Assembly (NCBI GenBank): GCA_964016885.1
Contig: OZ024744.1
Location: forward strand, 94,798,001 to 94,862,000
From: Eledone cirrhosa
Taxonomy: Eukaryota
Direction: 5' to 3'
Length of the DNA: 64,000 nt
The notes under the pieces are model-generated. The model was not told the DNA's origin and ran no database searches. It saw only the letters and a list, made by a program, of their open reading frames with translations. Positions 12,678 to 26,276 of the stretch are shown here, piece by piece (positions within the stretch are counted from its first letter, which is position 1; each line of letters begins with the position of its first letter). The translations under genes were made by a program, and so were the position numbers.

Positions 12678-15458
12678 GGCAGGAGACTACTGACAATCAT
12701 CTCGGCCTATGCTCCCCAAGCAGGCCTAGGCAAAGATGAGAAAGACTGCTTTTACGAGCAACTTTTACAAACAACCGCAATGGCAGAGGACGGAGACATC
12801 GTTATGCTAGCAGGAGACTTCAATGGTCATGTTGGACAGCTCCAGGATGGTTACACTGGGGTACATGGTGGGCACGGTTATGGCTCAAGAAATGAAAAAG
12901 GCGTGAGACTTCTTGAATATTGTGATGCAGGTACATTGACTATTTGCAACACAAACTTCCAGAAACCTGCCAATCACCTAATAACCTGCAAATCTGGTGA
13001 GCACATAAGCCAGATTGACTTCTTACTAGTTAGGCAGCGGGACAGGCAGATAGTGTCTAATACTAAGGCATACCCTGGGGAAGAATGTACCCCACAGCAT
13101 AGGTTAGTCGTTAGTGATATCTCAGTAAGCAAGAGATGGAATGAGATATATAGGAAGGTGTGGAGAAGAAAGATCTGGAAGCTAAAAGACCTTTCACTAA
13201 AATACAAATTTAGGAAAGCCCTTCAAAATGTATATGACGAAAAAGAAGACGATTTAGAGACGTATGACATAGATAATAACTGGAATTTCTTACGTGACAA
13301 CTTGCTGCAGGCTACTGATGAAACTTGTGGCTGGAGCAGAGCTCCAACCAGACAGAGAGTGACCTGGTGGTGGAACAGCACAGTAGATAAGGCCATTAGA
13401 GACAAAAGATTAGCATGGAAGGCTTGGAAAAAGGGTGGGAGTAGGGAAGAATATACAGCCACTAAGAGAGAAGCTAGATGTCAGGTGTACTTAGCACGCA
13501 GGACGGCGGAGAGTAGGAAGTTTGCCAATGTTCTGCGACGGGAAGATCAGAGGCGTGCGGTGTTCCACATTGCAAGGCAGTGTATCAATGCAAATCAGGA
13601 TGTTGTTGGAGATAAATGTGTCCAGGATGATGCCGGTGTACTTAGTGTCATGAGTGATCAGAAAAAGGAGGCCTGGAAATGTCATTATGAGAGACTGATG
13701 AATGTGGAGAACGAATGGGAGAGAGAGAAATTACCCTTAGTAGATCCGACAGAGGAACCAGCTATTGAGATTGACGAATATAGGGTCCAAGAGACGATTA
13801 AGGAAATGAAAAATGGTAAGGCTGCTGGACCATCGGCGATAGTTGCTGAGATGCTGAAGGCATCAGGGGATGTAGGCACTAAACTGGTTGCATACATCAT
13901 CAATCAGGCTATATATGGTGGTGTCATACCCAAAGACTGGTGCAGCAATATTCTCATAAATTGCTACAAAGGTAAAGGGGATACTCTGGAGAGGAGCAAT
14001 TATAGGGGTATAAAACTGATGGATCAGATTATGAAAGTGGCAGAAAGGATATTAGCACAACTAATTAGAGAAAGGGTCAAACTAGATGAGATGCAGTTTG
14101 GTTTTGTGCCTGGGAAGAGTACAACAGAGGCCCTCTTCTTGGTGAGACAATCGCAAGAGAGGTTCTTAGAGAAGAATAAGCCACTATACTTATCCTTTGT
14201 TGACCTAGAGAAGGCCTTTGATAGGGTACCTCGATCTGTCATCTGGTGGTCCCTAAGGAAGCTAGGTGTTGAGGAATGGCTTGTGAGGACAGTGCAAACT
14301 TTGTACAGAGGTACTCTCAGTAAAGTCAGGGTAGGAATGGAGTTTAGTGAGGAATTCCAGATACAAGTAGGAGTACATCAAGGTTCAGTCCTCAGCCCGC
14401 TCTTGTTTATTATAGTCCTCCAAGCATAACAGAGGAGTTTAAGACTGGCTGTCCATGGGAACTTCTCTATGCTGACGATCTGGTTCTTATAGCAGAATCA
14501 GTAGAGGAGCTAGAGAATAAATTCTGGCTATGGAAACAGCAGTTGGAAGCAAGAGGACAGAGTGAACCTAGCTAAGACAAAAGTGTTGATGAGTAGAAAA
14601 GAGGACAAAACTCTGATTCCGTCAGGGAAATGGCCATGTTCGATATGCAGAAAAGGAACTGGCATAAATTCTATAAAATGCACACAATGCAGATCCTGGG
14701 TACACAAGAGATGTAGTGAGATAGCAGGCAAACTAACAGGTAGGGAGAAATATGTATGCAGTAGATGTACAGGGAAATTAGACAGTAGAAGTCGCATTGA
14801 TAGACACATTTTTTAAATGCAGGAGGGCGCTATAGAAGTGGTTGATAGCTTCCGGTACCTAGGAGATCAGATTAGCATGGGAGGAGGGTGTTCCGAGGCC
14901 ATATTATCTAGAATAAGGACGGGTTGGAAGAAGTTTAGGGAGCTGCTTCCTCTGTTGACGAAGAAGGGTTTCTCCCTGCGTATGAAAGGCCGGTTGTATG
15001 ATGCCTGTGTGAGGAGCGTGATGCTGCATGGTAGTGAGACATGGGCAGCAACTGCAGAGGATATGCGACGGCTGGAGAGAAATGAGGCAAGCATGCTCCG
15101 TTGGATGTGCAGTGTAAATGTGCGTGAACGACCCAGCATAAATGTGTTGAGAGAGAAACTGTGTCTGAGAGGGATAGAATGTAGTGTACGGGAGAGGAGA
15201 CTGAGGTGGTATGGACATGTGATGTGCATGGAGGATGACCGATGGGTGAAGAAGTGCCAGGAAATGCCAGTTGAAGGAAGACGTGGTAGAGGTAGACCAC
15301 GAAAAACATGGGCGGAGGTGGTGAGAACAGACCTCAGATTGCTGAAGCTCACGGTGGAGATGACGAAGGGCCGTGACAAGTGGAGAGATGCTGTGCTGAA
15401 TAAGACCCATCCCACCCTTGCTAGCAGGGAAGAGCAGACGTAAAATGGTGATGATGAT
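12678..15458 (+). mobile_element. 5'-truncated RTE-clade LINE (partial APE, RT, PHD-like finger, C-terminus), frameshifted
   Basis: APE motifs SAYAPQ, GDFNGHVG, SQIDF, QHRLV. RT motifs DLEKAFDRVP, GVHQGSVLSP, YADD at ~14468. RTE C-terminus GRRGRGRPRKTW; (TGA)n tail; starts at a (TA)n tract. Confidence 0.95.
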
Positions 15459-15893
15459 TAGAAACTGATTGACATATATATATATATCTAAAATAAACAT
15501 ATGAAACAATCACAGGGAATAATTTGTAAAAGTGTGTAAGTACACATAGCTAGGTAGATAACTAATTAAAGTTTAACTAGAACTTTAAAAATAGATTCCT
15601 TATAAATTGATTAATCTTCCTTGTATATATTTCATTAAAGAAATATATTTCACCATTAATGGATCGGAAAACCTCAGTAGCCAAATTCTGGATTTTCAAC
15701 AAGGGAGAAGATCTAACTATCTGTGTTTACACAGCAAATTCAAACCTGCGAATGACTAGCAGCACGTGTTGCATTTTTCAAAAATACACACATCGTACCA
15801 GCTTCATCCCAGTGGCGTGAATAGGGTTATCGATGACTAGAAATAGCAGCTGAGTCCTTTCAACTGAGTTAGCTCTACAATTAAGGGGCCATG

Positions 15894-15985
15894 TATATAT
15901 CCAAAATTAAATTAAGGGTGTCATGTCAGTGGATATGGTGCATGTCTCTCTGACATGACACCCTTAATTTAATTTTGGATATATA
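15894..15985. repeat. Short hairpin (36-bp arms, 20-nt loop) next to (TA)n
   Basis: TATATATCCAAAATTAAATTAAGGGTGTCATGTCAG followed by its reverse complement. Confidence 0.85.
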
Positions 15986-16250
15986 TATATATTTATACAG
16001 GTGGCACAAGGCACAAAAGTCATGTGCCAGTAAATCATGTAAATAAAATCTCTCTTATATAAACAGTTTTTTTTGTGATTAGGGTGGTATGTGACTTTTG
16101 CACCACCCTGTACATATATATATATATAAATGTGTGTATAGTATATTTGATGATATCCTGTAAGTTTAATTAAAAACATCTTGAAGACCATTCGCCATCA
16201 ATTTTAAAGTAGTGACTATGTCACTTATTCTCGGCAAAAAAAAAAGGGGC

Positions 16251-16297
16251 GTAATCAGCAGTCCTGTTTCTCACTCGTTAGCGGTTATCAAGACTAC
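16251..16297 (-). ncRNA. Hammerhead-like motif with U3-A8 core (cleavage triplet altered)
   Basis: Minus: GTAGTC TTGATAA c CGCT aacg AGTG a GAAA CAG ga CTG CT GATTAC. Confidence 0.55.
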
Positions 16298-16576
16298 TTA
16301 CTCCTTCGCTTCTGCCAAGCATTATAGAAGCTGGATTCTTATAGAATTCCAGTAATGTTTAAGAGCTGATTAAAAAGATCGGTTGCCGGTCAAGCAAAAA
16401 TTAGGTATTAGTATTAGTTTTTAATTAAACATACAAACATCTACACTCTCTCCCTACCACCACATTTACATTTACACAAGTCATTACTATCTAGACTAAG
16501 GTGTCTGACCTGTTGCCAAACTCTCTACTCTATGTTGAATGTGTGTGTGTATATATACAGTATATGTATATATGTG

Positions 16577-16610
<34 letters not shown>

Positions 16611-16614
<4 letters not shown>

Positions 16615-17468
16615 TTTCGGACCATACCAAAATCAACATACTGATTGCGGATTTGGTACGGGTGATGAGAAATGTGTCCCGCATGTGCAACCCCGAAGAA
16701 CTAGAGAGACACATACAACACTTCATCCACCGTATGCAGTTCTCTGGCTACAATCAGAGAGATAGAATCAGAGTGTATAAAGGAGCCAGAACCAAATGGG
16801 AAAAAATGGTAAATAATGACATAAATGGGACCTGCCCCTTGTGTAGGAACAAATTTTGGAATAGAATAGAAAGAACTAGGAACAAGGCCAATAGAATAAA
16901 CTCATGGTATGATAGCAATAAATACCAGAGTGTAATGTTCATCAATACAACCCCTAGAGGCGAACTAGCCTACAAATTTAGAAGGGCCCTAAAGAAACAT
17001 AATCTCAATATTAAGATAGTAGAAAGACCTGGTACCTCCGTAAAAACACTTATTAGCAAGACATACCCGTTCCAAAGACCCCCATGTATAGATAAGAAAT
17101 GTATAACCTGTAAAATAAGCCCCCATATTAACTGTAAAACTAGAAATGTAGTATATAGCATAAGATGTACTGAAGGACAATGTAGAAACAAAAATATAGT
17201 GTACATAGGTGAGACAGCTCGTAGCATAGGGGAACGAATAAATGAACACTGGCGAGACCTCCAAGATAATAAAGAATCATCTGTGCTCTACCAACATGCT
17301 AAGATAGAACACAGGGGTAAATTAGAGAGCATAGAAATAAAAATAGAATCCACACACAAGAAAGACGCAATGTTTAGGCAAATTACAGAGGCAGTAAGCA
17401 TAAAAGAATTAAAACCAAAATTAAATAGAAAATATGAGTGGAACAGCAACATCACAACTTACAATTAA
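16611..17468 (+). CDS. PLE ORF C-terminal part (RT thumb/linker plus GIY-YIG endonuclease), 5'-truncated at a TA tract
   Basis: CIDKKCITC..C..NVVYSIRC..C..IVYIGETARSIGERINEH..VLYQH..H..RQITEAVSI..PKLN; open frame of ~285 aa after the microsatellite. Confidence 0.9.
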
Positions 17469-17773
17469 GGACAAAATGAAAACACACACACACATAGAAC
17501 AAACAACTTACAATTGAAAACACACACAAAATGAAAACACACACAAGACAAAATGAAAACACACACACACATAGAACAAACAACCAACCAACAATAAATA
17601 AATAAATAAATAAACAAATAGAAAAATATAAATAGAAAAATAGAAAAATGAACACAAACACACACAGACACCCGGATGTGGCGCATGCGCAAACTGAGTA
17701 CGCAACCCACACACAAACAAAATGGCGTAGGATAGAAGAAAGGAAAGGCACAGAAACGAAGAAAGAAATCCCC

Positions 17774-17818
17774 AGTCACTGAAGAGGTCACAGAGTGTGT
17801 GACGAAAGAACTATGACT
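17774..17818 (+). ncRNA. Minimal type I hammerhead ribozyme in a PLE pLTR
   Basis: AGTCA CTGAAGA g GTCACA gagtg TGTGAC GAAAG aa CTA TGACT. Confidence 0.8.
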
Positions 17819-18334
17819 ATATATATATAAACAACTATCTGGTTGTGGAACCAACCAACCAACCAGAAATTTATAAATTTGTAAATTTATAAATATATAA
17901 TAAATTAAATTGAAGTGAAAGCAACTGGTGCGTGTGTTTCTTATTGGCAACATGACCCTCCCAAAGTATAACAATATCGGTTTCAACACACGATTTCAGA
18001 TAAAGAATCTTGCTAAACAAATTCAGAAACGAAACATATATATATAATTCAGTCAAAACGACCAAATTTCAACCCAGCGTCTACAACAACATCTACAACA
18101 ACATCTACAACAACAACATCAACGGCACCAATGTCTACAGCAACAACAGCATCAGAATGAAATGAACACCAACATCAAGAGAAACTACACCAACATCAAA
18201 CGATAAAAACAACAACAACAACAACAACATCAACTGCCACCAACATTACTACCACCAACCACCACCACCACCACTACCATTACCATCACCAGCGATTGGG
18301 CCTTAAGAAAACAACAACTATAATAATAATAATT

Positions 18335-18681
18335 TTTCTACTTTTGGCATGGAATCAGCGATTGTCCCAGCGCATTGCTGGTGCTTTGTTTTGTTGACTC
18401 CGTGGGGATGAGGGGCAAGGTTACCTCCACAGGATTTGAGCTCGGAGCATAGAGGGCCATAACTCTATGCTGTAAAGCAATTATTATAATAATTGTTTCT
18501 ACTTTTGGCACAAGGCCAGCAATTACCCAGTGCATTACTGGTACTTTATTTCATCGACCCCGCAAGGATGAAAGGCAAAGTTAACCTCGGCGGGATTTGA
18601 ACTCAGACCATAAAGGGCCGTAACTCTTTGCTGCAAAGCATGGCGTCCGACCCTCTACCGATACTGCCAATCCACCGCCCT
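18335..18681 (-). mobile_element. Two tandem Meta-type SINEs
   Basis: Same family as 3122-3304. Further copies at 19381-19569, 25405-25592, 40609-41000, 44581-44960, 53578-53690. Confidence 0.85.
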
Positions 18682-18761
18682 AATAAAGCAATTATTATAA
18701 TAATTCTGAACAGTAACACACAGCTTCAATTATACAAACTCTTTCGAAAGTCAACAGTAGT

Positions 18762-19238
18762 AAATACGATTTAAATATTTACCTCTTCTAGTGTCATGAC
18801 CAACGGTTTCGCTAATCAAAAGATTTGAAATTCAGAGAATTTCCAATGGAAAGATATAGCTCTTCAGATAGCTTTTCCAAAGCTACTAGATATAAATCCA
18901 CGTAGATGTGGATCTGTCGCTTTCTGCCCGGTGAATGAATCATGAAATATCAACTAGTCTATTATTCCCACTCTTTCTAACGGCCCATTTGTGTGGTGGT
19001 CATTTTAACGGCTTGATTCATTCACCGGGCAGAAAGCGACACATCCACATCTATGTGGATTTATATCTAGTAGGTTTGGAAAAGCTATCTGAAGAGCTAT
19101 ATCTTTCCATTGGAAATTCTCTGAATTTCCAATCTTTTGATTAGCGAAACCGTCGGTCATGGCACACTAGAAGAGGTAAATATTTAAATTGTATTTTAAT
19201 TTATTTAAAAGATTGTTTAATGTTTACTTGTTCCGCTC
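18762..19238. repeat. Fold-back (arms 18762-18942 / 19014-19196) carrying an HHR in each arm
   Basis: Inverted arms read directly; the right tail ends at (TA)n. Confidence 0.9.
19084..19163 (+). ncRNA. Type I hammerhead, canonical core, GUC site, ~50-nt stem II (mirror copy 18793-18872 on -)
   Basis: GCTAT CTGAAGA GCTA..ATTGGAAATTC tct GAATTTCCAAT..TAGC GAAAC CG t CG GTC ATGGC. Confidence 0.85.
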
Positions 19239-20521
19239 ATATATATATATATATATATAAGCAGATGGCTCCAAAAAAAAAAAACTCAATTGGGAATGGA
19301 ATTTTCTTAGGCTGAGAAAAAAAAACAATGGAGTTATCTAAACTCTGAGATGTTCACACTACACTTAATATTAGGCCTAATAATTGTTTCTACCTTTGGC
19401 ACAAGGCCAGCAATTACCCCAGTGCATTACTGGGGCTTTATTTTATCGACTCTGTAATGATGAAAGACAAAGTTAACCGCGGCAGGATTTGAACTAAGAT
19501 CGTAAAGGGCCATGACTCTATGCTGTAAAGCATGGTGTCTGACGCTCTACTGGTTACTGCCAATCCACCTAATAATAAGACACATTTTCCATGACAGACA
19601 GAAACAGACTGCAGAGTTTTGACAATTCAATTCTTCCTACAGACAACCCTGTACCACCGAGCTCCTCCGCAAGATCGGAATGTCGTTGGCCTATCTGAAG
19701 AGGGAGCCCCATGAGGTTGGGTGGCTGTTGCAGCAGGTATCACTGGCCATCAACTGGAGGAATGATATTGTCGTCTTGTCCGGGGGATGCAGCACCCTTG
19801 CCCCCTTGCCATAGGTCCAAAGCCCAATCAACCCCTCCCTTCTGTGACACCAGAGCTCATGCCATCCCCTCCCTTTCCCCTTCTTTTTCTTCTTTCTTTC
19901 CTTTTTTTTCTATATTTTCCTATTCTTTCTTTCCTTTCGTTACCCATTTAAAAAAAGCACCCAGTCCACACTGTAAAATGGTTGTGTAAGAGACAGTAAA
20001 AAGGCTCCCAGTCCACACTGTAAATGTGGTCGGTGTTAGGAAGGGCATCCAACCGTAGAAAAACTGCCAAATACAGTGCTATATGAGCGGGACATGATCG
20101 TCCAATCAATCTTGCCTCAAGTGGGACAATTCCCATGGAAGATAGATGTTAAACATTGATGATGATGATGAACAGACAATTTGATCTTAATATTTCATTG
20201 CTGTTTTCTTTGCAATGTTATTGACTCTGTAAATTTGTCTAGATGTTAGCACATCCCAGAATAAATCAATTGTGATACATCAGTTGTTAGCTGTCAGGAC
20301 ACTGCATCCTTCAAAATTTCCATGTTTCCAGAAATTCACCAATACTACACCTAATATTCCCCCTCTATATGCACACACACATGTGTCTGTGTGTATATCA
20401 TGACTCATACACTGTTCACTTTCCTGACATTTGTACATTATTCTATGTACTATACATGTACCATTCATGAGTTGTAGTGCACCTGAGCACTGTACACAAT
20501 AATTTTCATTATTATTATTAG

Positions 20522-20689
20522 CGTATTTTCCGGTGTCGAAGATGCTACTTTTTTCCTAAAATATGTCACAAAAATCTACCATGCGTCCTGGAAGCCGAAG
20601 GTTGTTTATTATTTTTTTTCAAATTTTTGGTTGTTAAAATTAGAGTGCATCCTCAAAGACAAAGTGTCTTTGGCACCGGGAAATATGGA
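20522..20689. mobile_element. pogo/Tigger-like MITE (partial inverted copy at 20940-21045)
   Basis: Termini CGTATTTTCCGGTGTC / GGCACCGGGAAATATG. Confidence 0.55.
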
Positions 20690-21856
20690 ATATTTCATAT
20701 TTCATACATTTTCTCTTAAAAAAATTTTTTAATTTATTTTTGCTATGCCAAAAAAGGTACAGTTACAAAAGAACTCAAGAAGGATTTTCTAAAAAAACAC
20801 TGTTTAATAGAATAAAATGTGATTCCCGTTTTACAGAGTTCTTTGCTATGAATGGAAGTAAGTCAGGTATTAAAAACCATTTGAAGTCTCAAAGGCACTA
20901 AATTAGTTTTGTTGATAGTTCATCAAAATTATATACTATCTTTCCCGGCACTGAAGACGCTTCATCCTCGAGGACACACCCTAATTTTGACAACCGAAAA
21001 AAAAAAAAAAATAATAAACCTTTGACCTCCAGGACGCATGGTAAATCTTTGAGCCAAAGTTTCATCTAATGTAGACAAAATGTGAAGTCACAGTTTTAAA
21101 TATAAATTGCACCAATAGCTAAATCTAAAGACTCAATAGAGGCAAATTTTGTAAGAATTTTTATGGATGATGCAAATCAAAAAGATGTTAAAATTATATC
21201 ATCATCATCATCATCATCATCATTGTTTAACATCCATTTTCCATGCTAGCATAGGTAGGACAAGCTCATCAGCCTTCTGGCGACTAAAAGAAACATTCCA
21301 CTGAGCTGCTTAAAATTTCTTAACAAAATTAAAAATGACAATTTATTTCTTAGAAAAATAGTTTCAAGTAAAAAATATGAAAGTAATGAAGAATGAATAA
21401 AATATTTCTTTATGAAAAATGATGTGAAGTTTATTTTATTTTAAAATGTTACTGTTCTACTGGACAATATTTTACATAGATATGGTGTCACGTAAAGAAC
21501 AACTATTCTGTACATCTTCTGTTTTCTATGTCCCTCAGTCTGACTCTCAAACTTCTAAGTAATAAACACAAGTTATATATCTTACCATCTCACATATATC
21601 ACTTCAACACTTGCTAGGAACTTCTTCATATAAGAAAGAAACATGCAATTATATTAATATATTTGCAGTAAAAAAATCCCAGAACCTACTGGCTGGTGGG
21701 AAAAGAGATTGACTCTCTTTTAATATCCAACCCGAATGCTACACCTCTTCAGATCTTGTGTGATATTACCAATGTTTTTAGTTTCAATTCACATTGTCGC
21801 AAAATCCATAGTCCCACTTGAACAACTCCCATTGGTTCTGGTTTCTAAAGTCTATC

Positions 21857-22068
21857 TTAACCCTTTACTATTTACATTACTCTATTCATACTATTGTATT
21901 TTCATGGTAAAGGCTTTATCTTACGTAATATCAAATCTATGAGATTTTGATATTTATTTTGAGAACAATACCTTAACATCAGTATGAGTGGCTGGTTACA
22001 GCCAGTTTGAACAGAAAACGGTGAGAGAATTCTGGCCGGATATGGCTGGTTTAAATTCTATGGGTTAA
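21857..22068 (-). mobile_element. piggyBac-type MITE
   Basis: TTAA|CCCTTTA...ATGGG|TTAA; reverse copy of 46705-46918. Confidence 0.75.
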
Positions 22069-22429
22069 AATATGCCCCCACACCCTCCCACTGCAAAGTG
22101 GACATGTAGGCACCACGGAAAAAAAGCACCCAGGACTCACTGTAAATGAGGTTGGTGTTAGGAAGGGCATCCAGCTGTAGAAATCAAGCCAGAATCAGTT
22201 CCCGTATGAGCAAGACATGGTCAGCCGACCGGACACTGCCCACAACAGGACAACCTGTCTAACCCATGCTCGCGTGGAAGAACGGACGTAAAGTGGTGAT
22301 GATGATGAAGCCTGTAGGTTCGTTAGGCCGGTGCATATCCCGGTTTCATGGCGTGAAGCGACTGAGAATACAAGACTTTTCCACGGATAAAGATGCCAGT
22401 CCATTGCAGGGTTAAACTTTTCAGCTGAG

Positions 22430-22675
22430 AATACTGGAGCAATGTGAACACAACACACAACCCAGACCAAGAATTGACCCCCATGACATTATGATTATAA
22501 GTCCAACAACCTTACCACTAGGCCACACACCTCCACTGAATATACTGTAGCAACATGAAATGAAGTGCTTTGCTCAAGAACACAACACACAACCCAGTCG
22601 TTCGTCCAGGAATCGAACCTAGGACATTATGACCCTAAGTCCAACACCCTTACCACTAGGCCATGTGCCTCCACA
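22430..22675 (-). mobile_element. Two tRNA/CORE SINE heads
   Basis: Minus-strand A box (TAGTGGTAAG), B box (GGTTCGATTCC) and CORE-like TTCTTGAGCAAAGCACTT. Confidence 0.65.
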
Positions 22676-23119
22676 CCTCTGAAAATTATGGCCCTCCTAT
22701 CCTCTCAATTGACCAGCTGGTCTTTGAGATCCAGAGGAAGATGATGCCAGTAGTAGATTAACAAAAAACCTGAATACCCCCCCCACGTAACTAAAAGTGG
22801 ACTAGGCGGAAAGTCTATAAATAAGAACTGAAGTGAACTGTCACGGCAACTGTGTGTATGGAGTCTCGTGGTAGTCTCGCATTGGTAGTTTGGTATTACA
22901 CCTGGTGAATACCTTGGTGTTACCCTTGTTTCATACAGATATACACAACAGGTGTGTCACACCATTATAACACACTACTACAGGATATCTTTTGATCATG
23001 ACATTCATCTTACCGAGACATCTTCCTAGTAGAAGCTACTGAACCAACAAGTTAACTGAAGTAGATTAACTGTTTTAGGTGTAACTGCCATACAAAGGCT
23101 ATGTGCTAGCTCTCAGTAA

Positions 23120-23870
23120 ATATCAATAATTATCATTATCAATAATTAACATTATCAATAGGTATCAATAATTATATTTATCAATATTTATAATTATCAT
23201 TATCAATAGGTGTCAACTCAATTTGAACTCAGACAATAAAGGTTGTTACGGCCCTTTATGGTTAACTTTGCCTTTCATCCTTACGGGGTCGATAAAATAA
23301 AATACCAGTAATACACTGGTATAATTGCTGGCCTTGTGCCAAAAGTAGAAACAATTATCAATAGGTAGAAACAATTATCAATTATCGACACTAATTATAA
23401 TTATAATTATCGACACTAATTATAATTATAATTATCGACACTAATTATAATTATAATTATCAGTAATTACTTTTATCAATAATTATAATTATCAACAAAT
23501 GTCAATAATAATTATCGATATCGATATGTAAAAATATTTATAATTATCATTATCAATAGATGTCAAAAATTATAATTATCAATGTGTCAATAATTACCAT
23601 TATCAATAATTATGATTATCAACAGGTGTCTTAATTATAATGATCATTATCTATAATTGTATTTATCAATAGGTGACAATAATTATCATTATCAACAGGT
23701 GTCAATAATTATAATGACCATTATCAATAATTATATTTATCAAAAGGTGACAATAATTATCATTATCAACAGATGTCAATAATTATCATTATCAACAGAT
23801 GTCGATAATAATCATTATCAATAATTACCATTATCAATTGCTGTAAATAATTATCATTAACAATAACAGA
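23120..23870. repeat. AT-rich degenerate (ATTATCAATA)-type tandem repeat containing a rearranged SINE fragment
   Basis: Direct inspection. Confidence 0.8.
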
Positions 23871-24027
23871 CAACAAAAGTCAACAATAGTTTTTCAAACA
23901 AAAGTTTTATTTATTTTTTTTTTAATTTAACTTTTATGTATTTATTTTTACTCTTTTATTTTATTGTTTCCAACAGAAAGTCACTTTATTGGCAGTACCG
24001 AAGACAATTGTGTGTGTATGCATGCGC

Positions 24028-24067
<40 letters not shown>

Positions 24068-24175
24068 CATACACACACACACATATATATATATACATAC
24101 ACATATTTATTAATGTAATGTATGTGCTTATATATATACATAATGTATATATATATATATATACATATATAGACA

Positions 24176-24212
<37 letters not shown>

Positions 24213-24236
24213 GTATATATGTATATATATATACAT

Positions 24237-24272
<36 letters not shown>

Positions 24273-24307
24273 CACAACATATTTTATATATGTATATGCA
24301 TATGCAA

Positions 24308-24365
<58 letters not shown>

Positions 24366-25189
24366 GCATATGCATATACATACATAAATATACATATATA
24401 AAATATGTTGTGAAGGAGCAATAAAAAAAAGAACAAAAAAAAAAACCTTATAACAATCAAACAAACATGAGTAGTTTGATAAGATATTAACGGCTCAAAT
24501 ATTATTATTGCAACCATCCAGTTTACTGACAAACAATACAGTAAATTTTACATTTACTTTATCATCTTTATTTGTCTATTTATTCTTCGGGGTTGTTTTC
24601 TTTTTCCTTGTTTTTTTTTTTCTTTCTTCTCCTCTTCTTTTTCATTTTCTTCTTTGTCTTCGAAAACTGGAACTTTGAGCCGTTTTACAGAAGTAAAAAT
24701 AATGTTTTTTATTTTTTATTTTTTTTTTTTTTCAAAGGATTTAAGTCACATGCCTTCTAATATACTGTTACAAAATATACTTTTAGCAAAGGAATTTTTA
24801 TAGAATGGTATTAAATATCTACAGATTCTGTGAACAAAAAAAAAAAAAATATATATATATATATATATAAATATATATATGTATGTATGTATACATATAT
24901 ATATTGCATGTTTGTGTGTATATGAGACTGAGGTTGTTTAAGTGAGTATATAAGTGTGTATGTGTGTGAATGTGCAGTATATATGCTTATATGTTTGTAT
25001 GTATGTTATATATATATGTTTATAATTATCCCATTACCCAAGGTTTCACGAAGTTAGATGAAATATCATCAGATGAAATATCATATTATGGATGTAAGAT
25101 ATTTAATATCATATCTTATATCCATAATATAGATATTTCATATGATGAATGAACTAAACGTTTTGGTTAGAATTGTCTAATATATATAT

Positions 25190-25222
<33 letters not shown>

Positions 25223-25865
25223 AATCGGCCTGCTCGCCCAGCCAGTGGGATGGCGTCATCGTATGACTAAAACAGCATGTGCTATGACCAGCGGCGCCCG
25301 ACAGACTGGTCGGTCAAGGTGATCAAGGTGATATATATATATATAAATAATCTATATATGTACACACATGCATATATATATCATCATTTAAAATGGATGT
25401 TAAGTAATTGTTTCTACTTTTGGCACAAGGCCAGCAATTACCCAGTGCATTACTGGTACTTTATTTTATCGACCCCGTAAGGATGAAAGGCAAAGTTAAC
25501 CTCGACGGGATTTGAACTCAGATCATAAAGGGCCGCAACTCTTTGCTGCTAAACATGGTGTCCGACTCTCTACCGATACTGCCAATCCACTGTCCTTGGA
25601 TGTTAAATAATGATATATATATATATGTGTGTGTGTATGTGTGTATATATATATATTTATATATATATATAGTGTTCCTTGAGAATAATACCTTTGTACT
25701 TTTGGTGACATTTATTACATACATGTTCATAGCCCTATTATTTATATGTATATGTATATATTTGAGTTTTGTGCATACGCATGTGTACCCTAAAGTTATA
25801 CATACATGCAATGCATGAAAATGCTGAATGGATGGTTATGGTTAAATGACTAACGACTAGCGTTC

Positions 25866-25916
<51 letters not shown>

Positions 25917-25933
25917 ACTGCATGCCCATATAC

Positions 25934-26023
25934 GGACTGTACCCCTTGATAAGTTCAGCTAGATTCCCGTCGTCCTAATACTGCTGGTGTGTCGAAACGG
26001 CCGGAGCTCAGCCGTCGGGGTCC
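25934..26023 (+). ncRNA. Stand-alone hammerhead, U3-A8 core variant (family J)
   Basis: ACCCC TTGATAA G..C GAAAC GGC cggagctca GCC GTC GGGGT, in a ~120-nt island between (TA)n tracts. Confidence 0.75.
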
Positions 26024-26241
26024 TGACTCTTTTCCCCATATATATATATAATATAATATATATATGTATTGTGTGTATATTTTCAGTACAATGACTACCT
26101 ATCTATCAATTTGATAACTGTGGTTGTTTTATGTTTCATATATGTTTGTGTTTATATTTAATTCTACTAGACGCCGCTGTTTCCACCCTGAAGGATTCTG
26201 GATATCCACAAGTTATGATTATAAAGAATGAAAATTAAAAT

Positions 26242-26276
<35 letters not shown>

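Larger units (their letters stand above)
16611..18032 (+). mobile_element. PLE family A: ORF end, 3' UTR/pLTR, HHR and tail
   Basis: The pLTR/tail is shared with 1066-1940, 9157-9487 and 52531-52922; TA-flanked. Confidence 0.85.
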
